Of a stretch of 64,000 bases of DNA, positions 37,201-44,926 are shown one piece after another. Every line of letters begins with the position of its first letter. Within the stretch, counting starts at the first letter, position 1. A model generated the notes under the pieces. The model worked only from the letters and a program-made list of their open reading frames with translations, was not told the DNA's origin and searched no databases. A program made the position numbers and the translations under genes. The stretch lies in the IMG/VR virus record IMGVR_UViG_3300032246_003079. One strand, given 5' to 3'. The stretch comes from a virus.

Positions 37201-37841
37201 CCGCAACAACGTTTACAACCACACCATTTGTTGGAATTAATATAACACCAATAACGGTTGAAGATTTAAAAACTTTATTAACGACAAATATTCCAGCAAC
37301 CCAAGAAAAACTACGACCTCTTTATTTTGGTATTGCGTTTACTAGAATAAATAATAAAATTGACCAAGTTGTTTGTAATCCACCAAATTATAATCTATAT
37401 GAAATATCAACTTCAAACAACTATACCGCAGACTTAAAGGCTCTTATATCTCAACAAGTGTGTTTAACAACAGCTTTAGAAAATGATACATCATCCAGAC
37501 CTTACGCATCGTTCTCAGACTTTGTAGTACCAACACAATTTATACATGCTCAAGTTCAAAGTTTTTTACCTATTATAGAACAACTAAAAACTTTCAGTAC
37601 AAACACCACAGATGTTGAAAAATATGCAGAAGCCTATACGTTATTTACTTTATTTTGGTTTGAAGGAAGATTTGTTAGTCCTGGAGGTGGAGTAGGTGTA
37701 TATACTAATTTACCAACCACAACGAACGATTTCATAACTAGAAAAAATGACAAAGTAAATTCGTCGTTCCCTGACATACAAGATATTTATAATAGATATT
37801 TTGTCCAATTTAAAAATAGTTATGGTATATTTTTCCCATAA
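31266..37841 (+). CDS. Giant baseplate hub protein (gp27/gpD-like ends with a very large insert)
   Basis: 2191 aa; N-terminal LGITDIKV...MEDIRGRALF...LTLKGYYG; C-terminal SY.VSIEMMGNAMMQP..YF.L..VP...G.Y....V.H.I....F.T...G.R. Confidence 0.6.
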   Translation: MAVNDPTKFRQIYNKENKILVEADYDNIILIDPNKVVDADNNVKDRYVQQENLVFYANLETQIIPRTKLAIGDSFDNPVYNSQIASLSTFPEDLKLNFLRPKGKKAFDTSWSDEYTGRGIRQGQGINQNSEYQINQDGNTVFKQKVLNYEDTQTLGITDIKVDVTPANVTNVEITMEDIRGRALFEQGDNSIYSVFFNLPYPPFFLTLKGYYGKAIRYQLSLTDFNASFDASKGNFKITLKLLSRNSAILADSIIGYARNSPKMFQTETVVTQSTSNSSNNGVNTNNSTTVVESVGLQKMREAYSIYKSKGLITPDFPEITLEEFIARIENLPTALSGALKKADFTVMNDVADFQTNLNKLRNEVYANSITDFLDASEKLYKGQIYYPYKENISFADRAKYKQRVETAINNYVTLLKNNKSFGTGGQYKLPNKGNIPGEIPIKFSINDIFEEIDYNTLTDADFKETYVVNFGTNPTDNQLNKFIADFKSLNPNFLLDTTTNNVVNDFPQYYKFGDKVGSSNNYIANSFLDKIQKINDELNKKNAEIEKSLTQFLSDQIVNGPNVLGFIPTIRNVMAVLFAGLDGFYRLMEDTHISAWNQRTNPIRLESIIPASKNFGVDSKNLVNGTNQLNDLNVVYPWPQYFLKEAQKDGSELYVIKYPGDSSVINTTKGFDSVVWPEVAFTEEYLNAIVQKTTPKSANVYNNPASLSKVLSINAVEFPFKTTPYVNTQEQNYLYEIFERSYLGAYYAKLNRNGYNQEQIPVFLGNLEAENIKQTVQSNLALTKILKEFSFTYANFLQTLRKISNNGTGTRWTLYSDSVFTTEYIKNLLELNDGTQNVDVYNDVYSIDTLSNSSIAIDGNVPLPDSIKNFINGTPATDTYFLDNYPITNINWLKSNLQGGDSISSINDFNKTSTYVYLDEKKTIARVNETENTKNINAFVSKYEFKNFTQPFMTNLNTSVPVNSQTSLSNFYSTRKEKDLYFTESIFDYGNEYSGQVATKIQTTSLLNTPYFVNALVQGVENQKTNVSDPYAALGYLYLNSLPLITTREKIKSFDDTSSVATDLDYLASTFNKFSSIHRLPYAWVLKYGSIWHRYKKFIQTGNDILDNTIWTDFDYLKSYDTTGTTPNANSKLIFPSYTGGTTQVEIKLQSTTTLIPNINQTMDNVTLGVYPKVINNVYRFFFNKDLTILNTPTYQSFLDAYNTVGLKIGTNSTSGKFYNFGFDLQNPNRAFVNKNYYAYFDNPESNQKFLLIPSTGGININQMNFECFDATNKIKEEVFNNKAVYNGSVRPLWGVSQFGYFKNSLIKKPAFNEYLKVVYTNNSKNLSFELKNAQSTYSNIEEIFAVFEPEILDKFENLFLNFCNPTPAVSDLILNEEQTNSSYTNPGSVRNVTEKRLFNQMESLFMVPKNSVTLLNDESQDGLLLAEKQISNFFPKVVDFLNFECVLKMGNSGNFKRRVFNYISNNPTFQPLNPLTLNPYIPGSLPGDGTVGSPTLAISIANNRDAWNALRKYVGVFNQTPFQYTNTGSVITDFFTANNGMDIEFTEANVEALFPLIRLFAKQKAEDGTLNKLKFQQAINNFLLQQQNFNSENLTQTFSKLNVDLPTTTTNATTIKNATSGNVNKLETYSILKTMNDKWISGTDFLNKTIFEDFLFQDKAGRDIGDEFTIDLEKIKGYLKSNDNQNYLSLISQICSQNNMIFFALPAYVNFYGIQQAVAKSTPLPVDATETLFGTFLDVDYLKASPKFLLLYTGKPSEFVASNSSFSKFASDTFDIRKSSDNPLRVPSNPEDDYSKKNRVVGFSVDYGTQNQSIFKSVSIDMSEKKNTAESNKMFAQLGSSVSGDKVAQQSVSLYSIYKSRSYNVSIEMMGNAMMQPTMYFNLRHVPLFYGPYMVLFVKHDISQIKFSTTISGPRISRYSLPQPNSLLDTVNQNYINAYKELILKEVKTTEPITNVNTQQGTVQPGALQSPENICLSATTFTTTPFVGINITPITVEDLKTLLTTNIPATQEKLRPLYFGIAFTRINNKIDQVVCNPPNYNLYEISTSNNYTADLKALISQQVCLTTALENDTSSRPYASFSDFVVPTQFIHAQVQSFLPIIEQLKTFSTNTTDVEKYAEAYTLFTLFWFEGRFVSPGGGVGVYTNLPTTTNDFITRKNDKVNSSFPDIQDIYNRYFVQFKNSYGIFFP

Positions 37842-37865
37842 CATAATATTTATATAAAAAAAACT

Positions 37866-38090
37866 ATGGAAATAAAAATGTTATTAGATAATTATCTAAG
37901 AAAAGATACAAAAATTACACAAAGAGATAAAGGTAATGGGTATCAAGAAGTTTGTGATTTGGAAACTGGAGATTGTTACACAATTAGAATGAAAGATGGT
38001 CTAATTGAAAGAGTGGACAATACCATGAAAACAAATAGAACATTAAAAGTCGAAACTCCACAAGGGGTTAAAACATTATTAAATGGATAA
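37866..38090 (+). CDS. Hypothetical protein
   Basis: 74 aa; VCDLETGDC; preceded by TATTTATA. Confidence 0.7.
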   Translation: MEIKMLLDNYLRKDTKITQRDKGNGYQEVCDLETGDCYTIRMKDGLIERVDNTMKTNRTLKVETPQGVKTLLNG

Positions 38091-38092
38091 AA

Positions 38093-38782
38093 ATGAGTAT
38101 AGAAAGACAAATTTTAGAAGAGTTAAAACGTTTTAACCAAATTACAGGATATATTAATGAACAAGAAGTTGCACCGCCAGCACCCGATGCAGGAGGAGCT
38201 CCACCCGCACCTGACGCAGGAGCACCAGCACCTGACGCAGGAGCAACACCACCAGCACCTGACGCAGGAGCAACACCACCAGCACCTGACGCAGAAGGTG
38301 CTGACGCAATACCCGAACCTGTAGATGTTGAGTCAGACCCTGATGTTGAAGAAGTTGATACAAAAAAAGATGAAGAAGAAGGGGGTACTGAAGAAATAGA
38401 TATTACAGACTTAGTAACGACCCAAGAAGAAATTAAAACCAAACAAGAAGAGTTCATGGATAGTATGTTTTCTAAATTGAATGATTTAGAAACAAAATTA
38501 AATCAGATGGACCAAATAATGTCAAAAATAGACTCAATCGAAAGTAAAGTAGAAAAAAGTAGACCGAAGTCACCTGAAGAAAAATTGATGTTACGTTCAC
38601 TTGATTCTTACCCTTATAATCAAAAATTGACAGATTATTTTGAAGACAAAAAAGAAGACTTTGAAAAACAAGGAAAAGAAGAATATATATTAACTTCAGA
38701 TGAGGTTGAAAACTATTCACCGAATGAAGTTAAAAAAACATTTGGTATTTTTGACCAAGATGATGATGAAAATACTTACTAA
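38093..38782 (+). CDS. Acidic, Pro/Ala-repeat coiled-coil protein (possible head core/scaffold-type)
   Basis: 229 aa; ILEELKRF...INEQ leader, PAPDAGA repeats, coiled coil, LRSLDSYPY. Confidence 0.6.
   Translation: MSIERQILEELKRFNQITGYINEQEVAPPAPDAGGAPPAPDAGAPAPDAGATPPAPDAGATPPAPDAEGADAIPEPVDVESDPDVEEVDTKKDEEEGGTEEIDITDLVTTQEEIKTKQEEFMDSMFSKLNDLETKLNQMDQIMSKIDSIESKVEKSRPKSPEEKLMLRSLDSYPYNQKLTDYFEDKKEDFEKQGKEEYILTSDEVENYSPNEVKKTFGIFDQDDDENTY
38174..38294 (+). repeat. Five 21-27-bp coding repeats (PAPDAG[A/G])
   Basis: Units of CCAGCACCTGACGCAGGAGCA(ACACCA). Confidence 0.85.
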
Positions 38783-38806
38783 ATATTTTTCATAATTATA
38801 TTTTTG

Positions 38807-38831
38807 AGGGAAGAATTATCTTCCCTTTTTT
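38807..38831 (+). terminator. Intrinsic terminator ending the structural operon
   Basis: AGGGAAGA-ATTA-TCTTCCCT followed by a T-run. Confidence 0.8.
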
Positions 38832-38832
38832 A

Positions 38833-38863
38833 TTTGACAAAAACAAAATTTCACTTATATTTT
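38833..38863 (+). promoter_or_regulatory. Host-RNAP promoter of the replication module
   Basis: TTGACA (38834-38839)-N16-TATATT; also TTTG-N19-TAnnTTT. Confidence 0.6.
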
Positions 38864-38898
38864 TCATAGATAAAAGAGTAATAATTAAAAATTTATTT

Positions 38899-39753
38899 AT
38901 GGCAAATTCAGTATTAGATTCAGTACTTGCTCAGTACGAAAAAAATTCAACATCGAGCAACAGCACAAAAACAAACATTTCCCAAGAAGACAGATTGAAG
39001 AAGTATTTTTCTGCAATTCTTCAAAAGAATGAAAAATCCGCATCACGAAGAATCCGTATCTTACCTACAAAAGATGGCTCATCACCATTTGTTGAAGTTT
39101 GGTATCATGAAATCCAAGTAAACGGACAGTGGGTTAAGTTGTATGACCCAGAGAAAAACGACAACGAACGTTCACCATTAACCGAAGTTTATAACGAATT
39201 AATTTCAACAGGTAAAAAAGAAGATAAGGAATTGGCATCACAGTACCGTTCACGTTTATTTTACATTGTAAAAGTTATTGACCGAGATAATCAACAAGAT
39301 GGTGTTAAGTTTTGGAGATTCAAACACAACTACAAACAAGAAGGTGTTTTAGATAAAATTTTACCTATTTGGAAAGCTAAAGGTGATGTAACCAATGCCG
39401 AAAAAGGTCGTGATTTAATTATTGAACTTACAAGGGCAAAAACACCACAAGGAAAAGAGTACACAGTAATTCAAACTATTATGTATGATGACCCACAACC
39501 ACTACATGCGGATAAGACAATCATGGAAGGATGGATTCAAGATGAACTTACATGGAATGATGTATATTCTAAAAAACCTGTAGAATATTTAGAGGCAGTT
39601 GCTGTTGGGGAAACTCCAATTTGGTCATCTGAACTAAAAAAATATGTTTACGGAGAAGAGTCTGAGATTTCACTTGGAAGCTCAAAACAAGAAACTGCTC
39701 CTGTTGTTGACCCACAAGCAAACGAAGAACCATCAGAAGATTTACCATTCTAA
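38899..39753 (+). CDS. Single-stranded DNA-binding protein (T4 gp32-like)
   Basis: IRILP....PF.E.WYH, VIDRD....GVKFW, GRDL.I; acidic tail ending EDLPF. Confidence 0.8.
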   Translation: MANSVLDSVLAQYEKNSTSSNSTKTNISQEDRLKKYFSAILQKNEKSASRRIRILPTKDGSSPFVEVWYHEIQVNGQWVKLYDPEKNDNERSPLTEVYNELISTGKKEDKELASQYRSRLFYIVKVIDRDNQQDGVKFWRFKHNYKQEGVLDKILPIWKAKGDVTNAEKGRDLIIELTRAKTPQGKEYTVIQTIMYDDPQPLHADKTIMEGWIQDELTWNDVYSKKPVEYLEAVAVGETPIWSSELKKYVYGEESEISLGSSKQETAPVVDPQANEEPSEDLPF

Positions 39754-39766
39754 ATCAAACAAACAT

Positions 39767-39796
39767 AATCGGGGTTTCTACCTAAGCCCGATTTTT
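39767..39796 (+). terminator. Hairpin/terminator after the SSB gene
   Basis: AATCGGG...CCCGATT followed by TTT. Confidence 0.6.
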
Positions 39797-39819
39797 ATTA
39801 ACTTTAAAAAATTAAAAAA

Positions 39820-40041
39820 ATGAACATATTTTTAGCAGAAAAATTAAAAGATGCTCTTGTGAAAAAATACGAGTCTGAAATTGCAGATGCAGAAGCAAGA
39901 TTATATGTGTATTTCACAAACCCTGTTGGTATTGGTGAGCATCCACAACACACCGAAGAAATGGATAATTTAGTCACACAACTTACAGACGCAAAAGATA
40001 AGTTGGAAACTATAAAAAATTTTAAAATTTACGAACAATAA
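39820..40041 (+). CDS. Small helical-hairpin phage protein
   Basis: 73 aa; NPVGIGEHP motif of the kind seen in T4-like phage hypothetical proteins. Confidence 0.7.
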   Translation: MNIFLAEKLKDALVKKYESEIADAEARLYVYFTNPVGIGEHPQHTEEMDNLVTQLTDAKDKLETIKNFKIYEQ

Positions 40042-41048
40042 TGGCTATTAAAAAGAACGACTTTGGGTCTTTGAAAAAAAAGTTTTCTACCTCTGCAAAA
40101 TATAAACCACAAAGATTTTTTGATTTGGGTCAACCTTTTTTGGATGCGGTTGGTTTACCTGGTCCTGCTATGGGACACATTAATATGTTCTTAGGACATT
40201 CAGATACGGGTAAGACAACGGCATTAGTTAAGACTGCGGTTGATGCTCAGAAGAAAGGTATTTTACCTGTATTCATCATCACCGAACAAAAATGGTCTTT
40301 TGACCACGCAAAACTTATGGGTTTTGACTGTGAAGAAGTTGTCGACACCGAAACAGGTGAGTTAGAATGGGACGGGTTTTACATATTTAACAATAACTTC
40401 AATTACATCGAACAAATTACAGATTACATTAATGAATTATTAGATGCTCAAGAAAAAGGGGATTTGGATTATTCTTTATGTATTATGTGGGACTCAGTTG
40501 GTTCTGTTCCTTGTAAAATGACTTACGAAGGTAAAGGAGGAAAACAACACAACGCTTCTACTTTGGCGGACAAAATTGGTATGGGTATTAACCAACGTAT
40601 TTCAGGTTCACGTAAATCTGACTCTAAATACGAAAATACTTTAATTATCGTAAATCAGCCTTGGGTACAACTTCCGGATAATCCTTTTGGACAACCTAAA
40701 ATTAAAAGTAAGGGTGGTGAAGCAATTTGGTTGAACTCATCATTAGTATTTTTGTTTGGAAATCAAAAAGAGGCTGGTACTACTAAAATTACTGCAACAA
40801 AAGATAAAAGAACAATTAAATTTGCGGCAAGAACAAAAGTTTCGGTTATGAAAAACCACATCAATGGTCTTGGTTATGACGATGGTAAAATAATTGTGAC
40901 ACCACACGGATTTATTGCCGGTAAAGATACCGCTGAAGAAAAAACTAATATTGAAAAATATAAAAAAGATTATGCTGAATATTGGAAAGACATTATTGGT
41001 ATGGAAGGTGATTTTGATTTGAAAGAAGAAAAAGAAGAAGTAGAGTAG
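40041..41048 (+). CDS. RecA/UvsX-like recombinase
   Basis: Walker A GHSDTGKTT, Walker B IMWDSVG, IIVNQ, KGGEAI, KNHI. Confidence 0.85.
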   Translation: MAIKKNDFGSLKKKFSTSAKYKPQRFFDLGQPFLDAVGLPGPAMGHINMFLGHSDTGKTTALVKTAVDAQKKGILPVFIITEQKWSFDHAKLMGFDCEEVVDTETGELEWDGFYIFNNNFNYIEQITDYINELLDAQEKGDLDYSLCIMWDSVGSVPCKMTYEGKGGKQHNASTLADKIGMGINQRISGSRKSDSKYENTLIIVNQPWVQLPDNPFGQPKIKSKGGEAIWLNSSLVFLFGNQKEAGTTKITATKDKRTIKFAARTKVSVMKNHINGLGYDDGKIIVTPHGFIAGKDTAEEKTNIEKYKKDYAEYWKDIIGMEGDFDLKEEKEEVE

Positions 41049-41069
41049 TAATAATTTAAAAGACAAAAA

Positions 41070-42080
41070 GTGTCAAAAACGTTATTGGTTGACGGAAACA
41101 ACCTATTAAAAATCGGATTTCACGGAGTAAGAGATTTCTTTAATAAAGGAGAACACGTTGGGGGTATTTGGCACTTTCTAAATACCCTAAAACGTTTCCT
41201 TGACGAGAATAACTATAACAAAGTAGTTGTGTTTTGGGATGGAGAAACAAGTTCATCACAAAGAAGATTATTATATCCAAAATACAAACTTAATCGTAAA
41301 ACTAGTAACCCCGAAGATTTTAAAGAAGAATCGTTTTTAAAACAAAAACAACGAGTTAAACAATATCTTGAAGAGATGTTTGTTAGACAACTTGAAGTTG
41401 AAAATTCAGAAGCGGATGATTTAATTGCGTATTACTGTCAAATTTCTGAAGACGAGAATAAAACAATTTTCTCAAGCGATAGAGACCTTACACAACTTAT
41501 TTCTGAAAAGGTAACTATTTATTCACCATCCACAAAAAGATATTATAAGATGGGGGACACTATCAAAATGAGCGATTTTGAAGTTCCCCATTATAATGTC
41601 AAAATAATTAAAATCCTTACAGGTGATTCATCCGATAATATCGACGGTATTTTTTATTTAGGTGAAAAGACTTTAATTAAGTTTTTTCCTGAGATACTTG
41701 AAAAAGAAGTGGAGTTATCCGATATTTTATCGAAAGGGGAAAAACTCCTTAAAGAAAATAAAGACAACAAATCATTACAAAATCTTTTGTCTGGTAAAAC
41801 AAAAGAAGGTATATTTGGCGATGAGTATTATGCAATTAATAAAAAACTAATTGATTTAGATGAACCACTAATAAATCAAGAAGGTAAAGAGTTAGTTAGT
41901 TCGTACTATTCAGAATCATTAGACCCTGATGGTAGAGGGTATAAAAACCTAATTCGCATGATGATGGAAGACGGGATATTTAAATACCTACCAAAAACAG
42001 ATGATAATTGGATTTATTTTTTAAAACCGTTTTTAAAGTTAACAAGAAAAGAAAAAACAAAATTTAAAACAAAAAACTAA
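41070..42080 (+). CDS. 5'-3' exonuclease / RNase H (FEN-like)
   Basis: LLVDGNNL, VFWDG, YKLNR, EADDLIA, SSDRDLTQL, GDSSDNIDGI; GTG start. Confidence 0.9.
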   Translation: MSKTLLVDGNNLLKIGFHGVRDFFNKGEHVGGIWHFLNTLKRFLDENNYNKVVVFWDGETSSSQRRLLYPKYKLNRKTSNPEDFKEESFLKQKQRVKQYLEEMFVRQLEVENSEADDLIAYYCQISEDENKTIFSSDRDLTQLISEKVTIYSPSTKRYYKMGDTIKMSDFEVPHYNVKIIKILTGDSSDNIDGIFYLGEKTLIKFFPEILEKEVELSDILSKGEKLLKENKDNKSLQNLLSGKTKEGIFGDEYYAINKKLIDLDEPLINQEGKELVSSYYSESLDPDGRGYKNLIRMMMEDGIFKYLPKTDDNWIYFLKPFLKLTRKEKTKFKTKN

Positions 42081-42084
42081 AATT

Positions 42085-42537
42085 ATGAAAGAAAATCAGG
42101 ACATTACTAAAGTTGAATTTCTAATTACATTAAATGACAACTTCGTCGTACAACGTTTTTTCAATGTAAGAAACATTAACCAAAAGGCTAAAAATAGTAT
42201 TGAGTTATTGGACTACATGAAATCATTGTCAGAAGAGTTAAAAACAAAACTAAGAAACAAATCAGTTTTCTATATGTTGGAAAATAGGTTCCAAATTGAA
42301 GAAGACTCATCTATCTTAGATACATCAAATACTGATGGTCCAGAAGTTTTTAATTTGATTATTCGAATTGGAAATGAGACAATTTGTCATACCATCATCG
42401 ACGCTAAAGTATACCCACCAAAGGCTAGATATACCCTGGATATACGACCAACAATAAAAACGATATTAAAAGATTTAACTGACATTTTTTCAGATAAAAA
42501 TTTATCTTATAATTACCTTAATTATTCGTTGGCTTAA
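42085..42537 (+). CDS. Hypothetical protein in the replication module
   Basis: 150-aa ORF between the exonuclease and helicase genes. Confidence 0.7.
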   Translation: MKENQDITKVEFLITLNDNFVVQRFFNVRNINQKAKNSIELLDYMKSLSEELKTKLRNKSVFYMLENRFQIEEDSSILDTSNTDGPEVFNLIIRIGNETICHTIIDAKVYPPKARYTLDIRPTIKTILKDLTDIFSDKNLSYNYLNYSLA

Positions 42538-42574
42538 TCATATTTATCATATAGAAATAAAAAAAATACAAAAT

Positions 42575-43954
42575 ATGTCAGACAAAAAAAACTTCGGATA
42601 CTTAGGAAATACTTTTCAAATTCAACTATTAAACAATATTATTTTATATAAAGATTTCTCAAATTCTATTCTTGAAGTTATTGACCCACACTATTTTGAC
42701 AACCAATATTTTCGTATTATTTGTCAAATGATTAAGGAGTTTTATTCAAACTATGAACATACTCCAACATTTGATACATTAGAACAACTTACAAAGTCAG
42801 AAATATCTTCTCCAATGGCTCAAAAGAGTGTTCTGGATACATTACAACAAGTAAAAGATGTATCTGATGACGGTTCATTATTTGTTCAAGAAAAGTCATT
42901 AAAATTCTGTAAACAACAAGAATTACAGAAGGTTATGACTAAAGCTCAATCAATTATTGATAAGGGCGATTTTGAAAGTTATGACCACTTGGAAGAAATG
43001 GTAAGAGGGGCGTTACAAGTTGGTGAGGTTGATAAAGGAACAACTGACGTTTTCTTCAACCTTGATGAGGTTTTAAACGACGATTACAGACACCCAATTC
43101 CAATTGGAGTGGCTGGTATTGACAACCTATTGAAAGGTGGTTTAGCCAAGGGTGAGATTGGTGTTATTTTAGCACCGACGGGGGTAGGTAAATCCACATT
43201 TACTACTAAAATTGCAAACCACGCATTCAACTTGGGATATAATGTTCTTCAAATATTTTTTGAAGACAACCCAAAAATTATCCAAAGAAAACATTATACA
43301 CTTTGGACGGGAATCCACCCTGATGACATGTCTGAAAATAAAGATGAAGTTATGGCGAAGGTAAAACACATTAAGGAAACTATGAAAAATAAGTTGATTA
43401 TAAAAAAACTTCCATCCGACACCGTAACTATGAATCAAATCAAAAATCAAGTTAGAAAGATGATGGCTGAAGGAATTAGAATTGATATGATTATTTTAGA
43501 TTATATTGACTGTGTTGTTCCTGACAAAATGATGGGTGATGAATGGAAAAGTGAAGGTTCAGTAATGAGAGGGTTTGAATCAATGTGTCATGAGTTGGAC
43601 ATCGCAGGTTGGACAGCAACACAAGGAAATCGTAATTCGATTTCGTCAGAAGTGGTTACAACAGACCAAATGGGCGGGTCAATTAAAAAGGCTCAAGTTG
43701 GTCACGTAATCATTACTGTAGCTAAGAGTCTACAACAGAAAGAAATGAACTTGGCAACAATCGCCATTACCAAATCAAGAATTGGTAAAGACGGCGTTGT
43801 TTTTGAAAACTGTAAATTTGACAACGGAATGTTAGAAATAGACACAGAACAAAGTATGACTTTTTTAGGTTTGGAAGAACAAAAAGAAGAAAAAAATAAA
43901 AATAGAATCAAAGAGCTTTTAGAAAAGAAAAAGCAAAAAGAACAACAATCTTAA
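42575..43954 (+). CDS. Replicative DnaB / gp41-like helicase
   Basis: APTGVGKST, IILDYIDC, WTATQGNR, KSRIG. Confidence 0.9.
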   Translation: MSDKKNFGYLGNTFQIQLLNNIILYKDFSNSILEVIDPHYFDNQYFRIICQMIKEFYSNYEHTPTFDTLEQLTKSEISSPMAQKSVLDTLQQVKDVSDDGSLFVQEKSLKFCKQQELQKVMTKAQSIIDKGDFESYDHLEEMVRGALQVGEVDKGTTDVFFNLDEVLNDDYRHPIPIGVAGIDNLLKGGLAKGEIGVILAPTGVGKSTFTTKIANHAFNLGYNVLQIFFEDNPKIIQRKHYTLWTGIHPDDMSENKDEVMAKVKHIKETMKNKLIIKKLPSDTVTMNQIKNQVRKMMAEGIRIDMIILDYIDCVVPDKMMGDEWKSEGSVMRGFESMCHELDIAGWTATQGNRNSISSEVVTTDQMGGSIKKAQVGHVIITVAKSLQQKEMNLATIAITKSRIGKDGVVFENCKFDNGMLEIDTEQSMTFLGLEEQKEEKNKNRIKELLEKKKQKEQQS

Positions 43955-43968
43955 ATTAATTAAAAATT

Positions 43969-44916
43969 ATGGAAAAATTATTAACAGAAAATCCTGGTAG
44001 GTTTGTCATCTTCCCAATTGAACACAATGATATATGGGAATTTTACAAACAACACCAAGCTGCGTTTTGGACCGCAGAAGAAGTCGATTTAACAAATGAC
44101 ATCAGAGATTGGGAAAATTTAACAGAAAACGAAAAATTCTTTATCAAGAATGTACTGTCATTTTTCGCAGCTTCAGATGGTATTGTAAATGAAAATTTAG
44201 CGGAAAACTTTTATCGAGAAGTTCAATATCCTGAGGCTAAGTTTTTCTATGGATTTCAGTTGGCGATGGAAAATATTCATTCATTAATGTATTCATTGTT
44301 AATAGATACTTACATCTCTAATTCAAAAGAAAAAGACGAGTGTTTCAATGCAATTGACAGACTACCTGCAGTTCAAAAGAAAGCTAAATGGGCGTTGGAA
44401 TGGATTGAAAAATCATCATTCGCCGAAAGGTTAGTTGCGTTTGCTGCCGTTGAAGGTATTTTCTTTTCAGGTTCTTTTTGTTCTATTTTTTGGATGAAAT
44501 CAAGAGGAATTATGCAAGGATTATGTAACGCTAATTCACTTATCTTTAAAGATGAAAACTTACATTGTGATTTTGCAATTCATTTATTAAATAACCACTT
44601 AGAAGAAAGACCATCAGAAAAAAGAATTAAAGAAATTTTACTTTCAGCATTAGAAATTGAAAAAGAATTTATCACCGAATCACTTCCAGTATCATTAATT
44701 GGTATGAACTCAAATTTAATGAAACAATACTTAGAGTTTGTTGTTGATGGTTTGTTAGTGAAAATGGGTTGTAGTAAAGAATTTAATGTTGAACAACCAT
44801 TCAAGTTTATGGAACAAATTGCAGTTGAAACAAAAGGAAATTTCTTTGAATCAAGAACAATGGAATACCAAAAAGCGAAATTAAACGAAACTATAACATT
44901 CACAGAAGATTTTTAA
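43969..44916 (+). CDS. nrdB: Ribonucleotide reductase class Ia beta subunit
   Basis: [52 protein letters not shown]. Confidence 0.95.
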   Translation: MEKLLTENPGRFVIFPIEHNDIWEFYKQHQAAFWTAEEVDLTNDIRDWENLTENEKFFIKNVLSFFAASDGIVNENLAENFYREVQYPEAKFFYGFQLAMENIHSLMYSLLIDTYISNSKEKDECFNAIDRLPAVQKKAKWALEWIEKSSFAERLVAFAAVEGIFFSGSFCSIFWMKSRGIMQGLCNANSLIFKDENLHCDFAIHLLNNHLEERPSEKRIKEILLSALEIEKEFITESLPVSLIGMNSNLMKQYLEFVVDGLLVKMGCSKEFNVEQPFKFMEQIAVETKGNFFESRTMEYQKAKLNETITFTEDF

Positions 44917-44926
44917 ATTTATTAAT

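Noticed and set aside
38174-38294. GC-rich 21-27-bp tandem repeats considered as a CRISPR array or origin iterons
   Set aside because: There are no unique spacers; unit lengths are multiples of 3 and encode a Pro/Ala linker.
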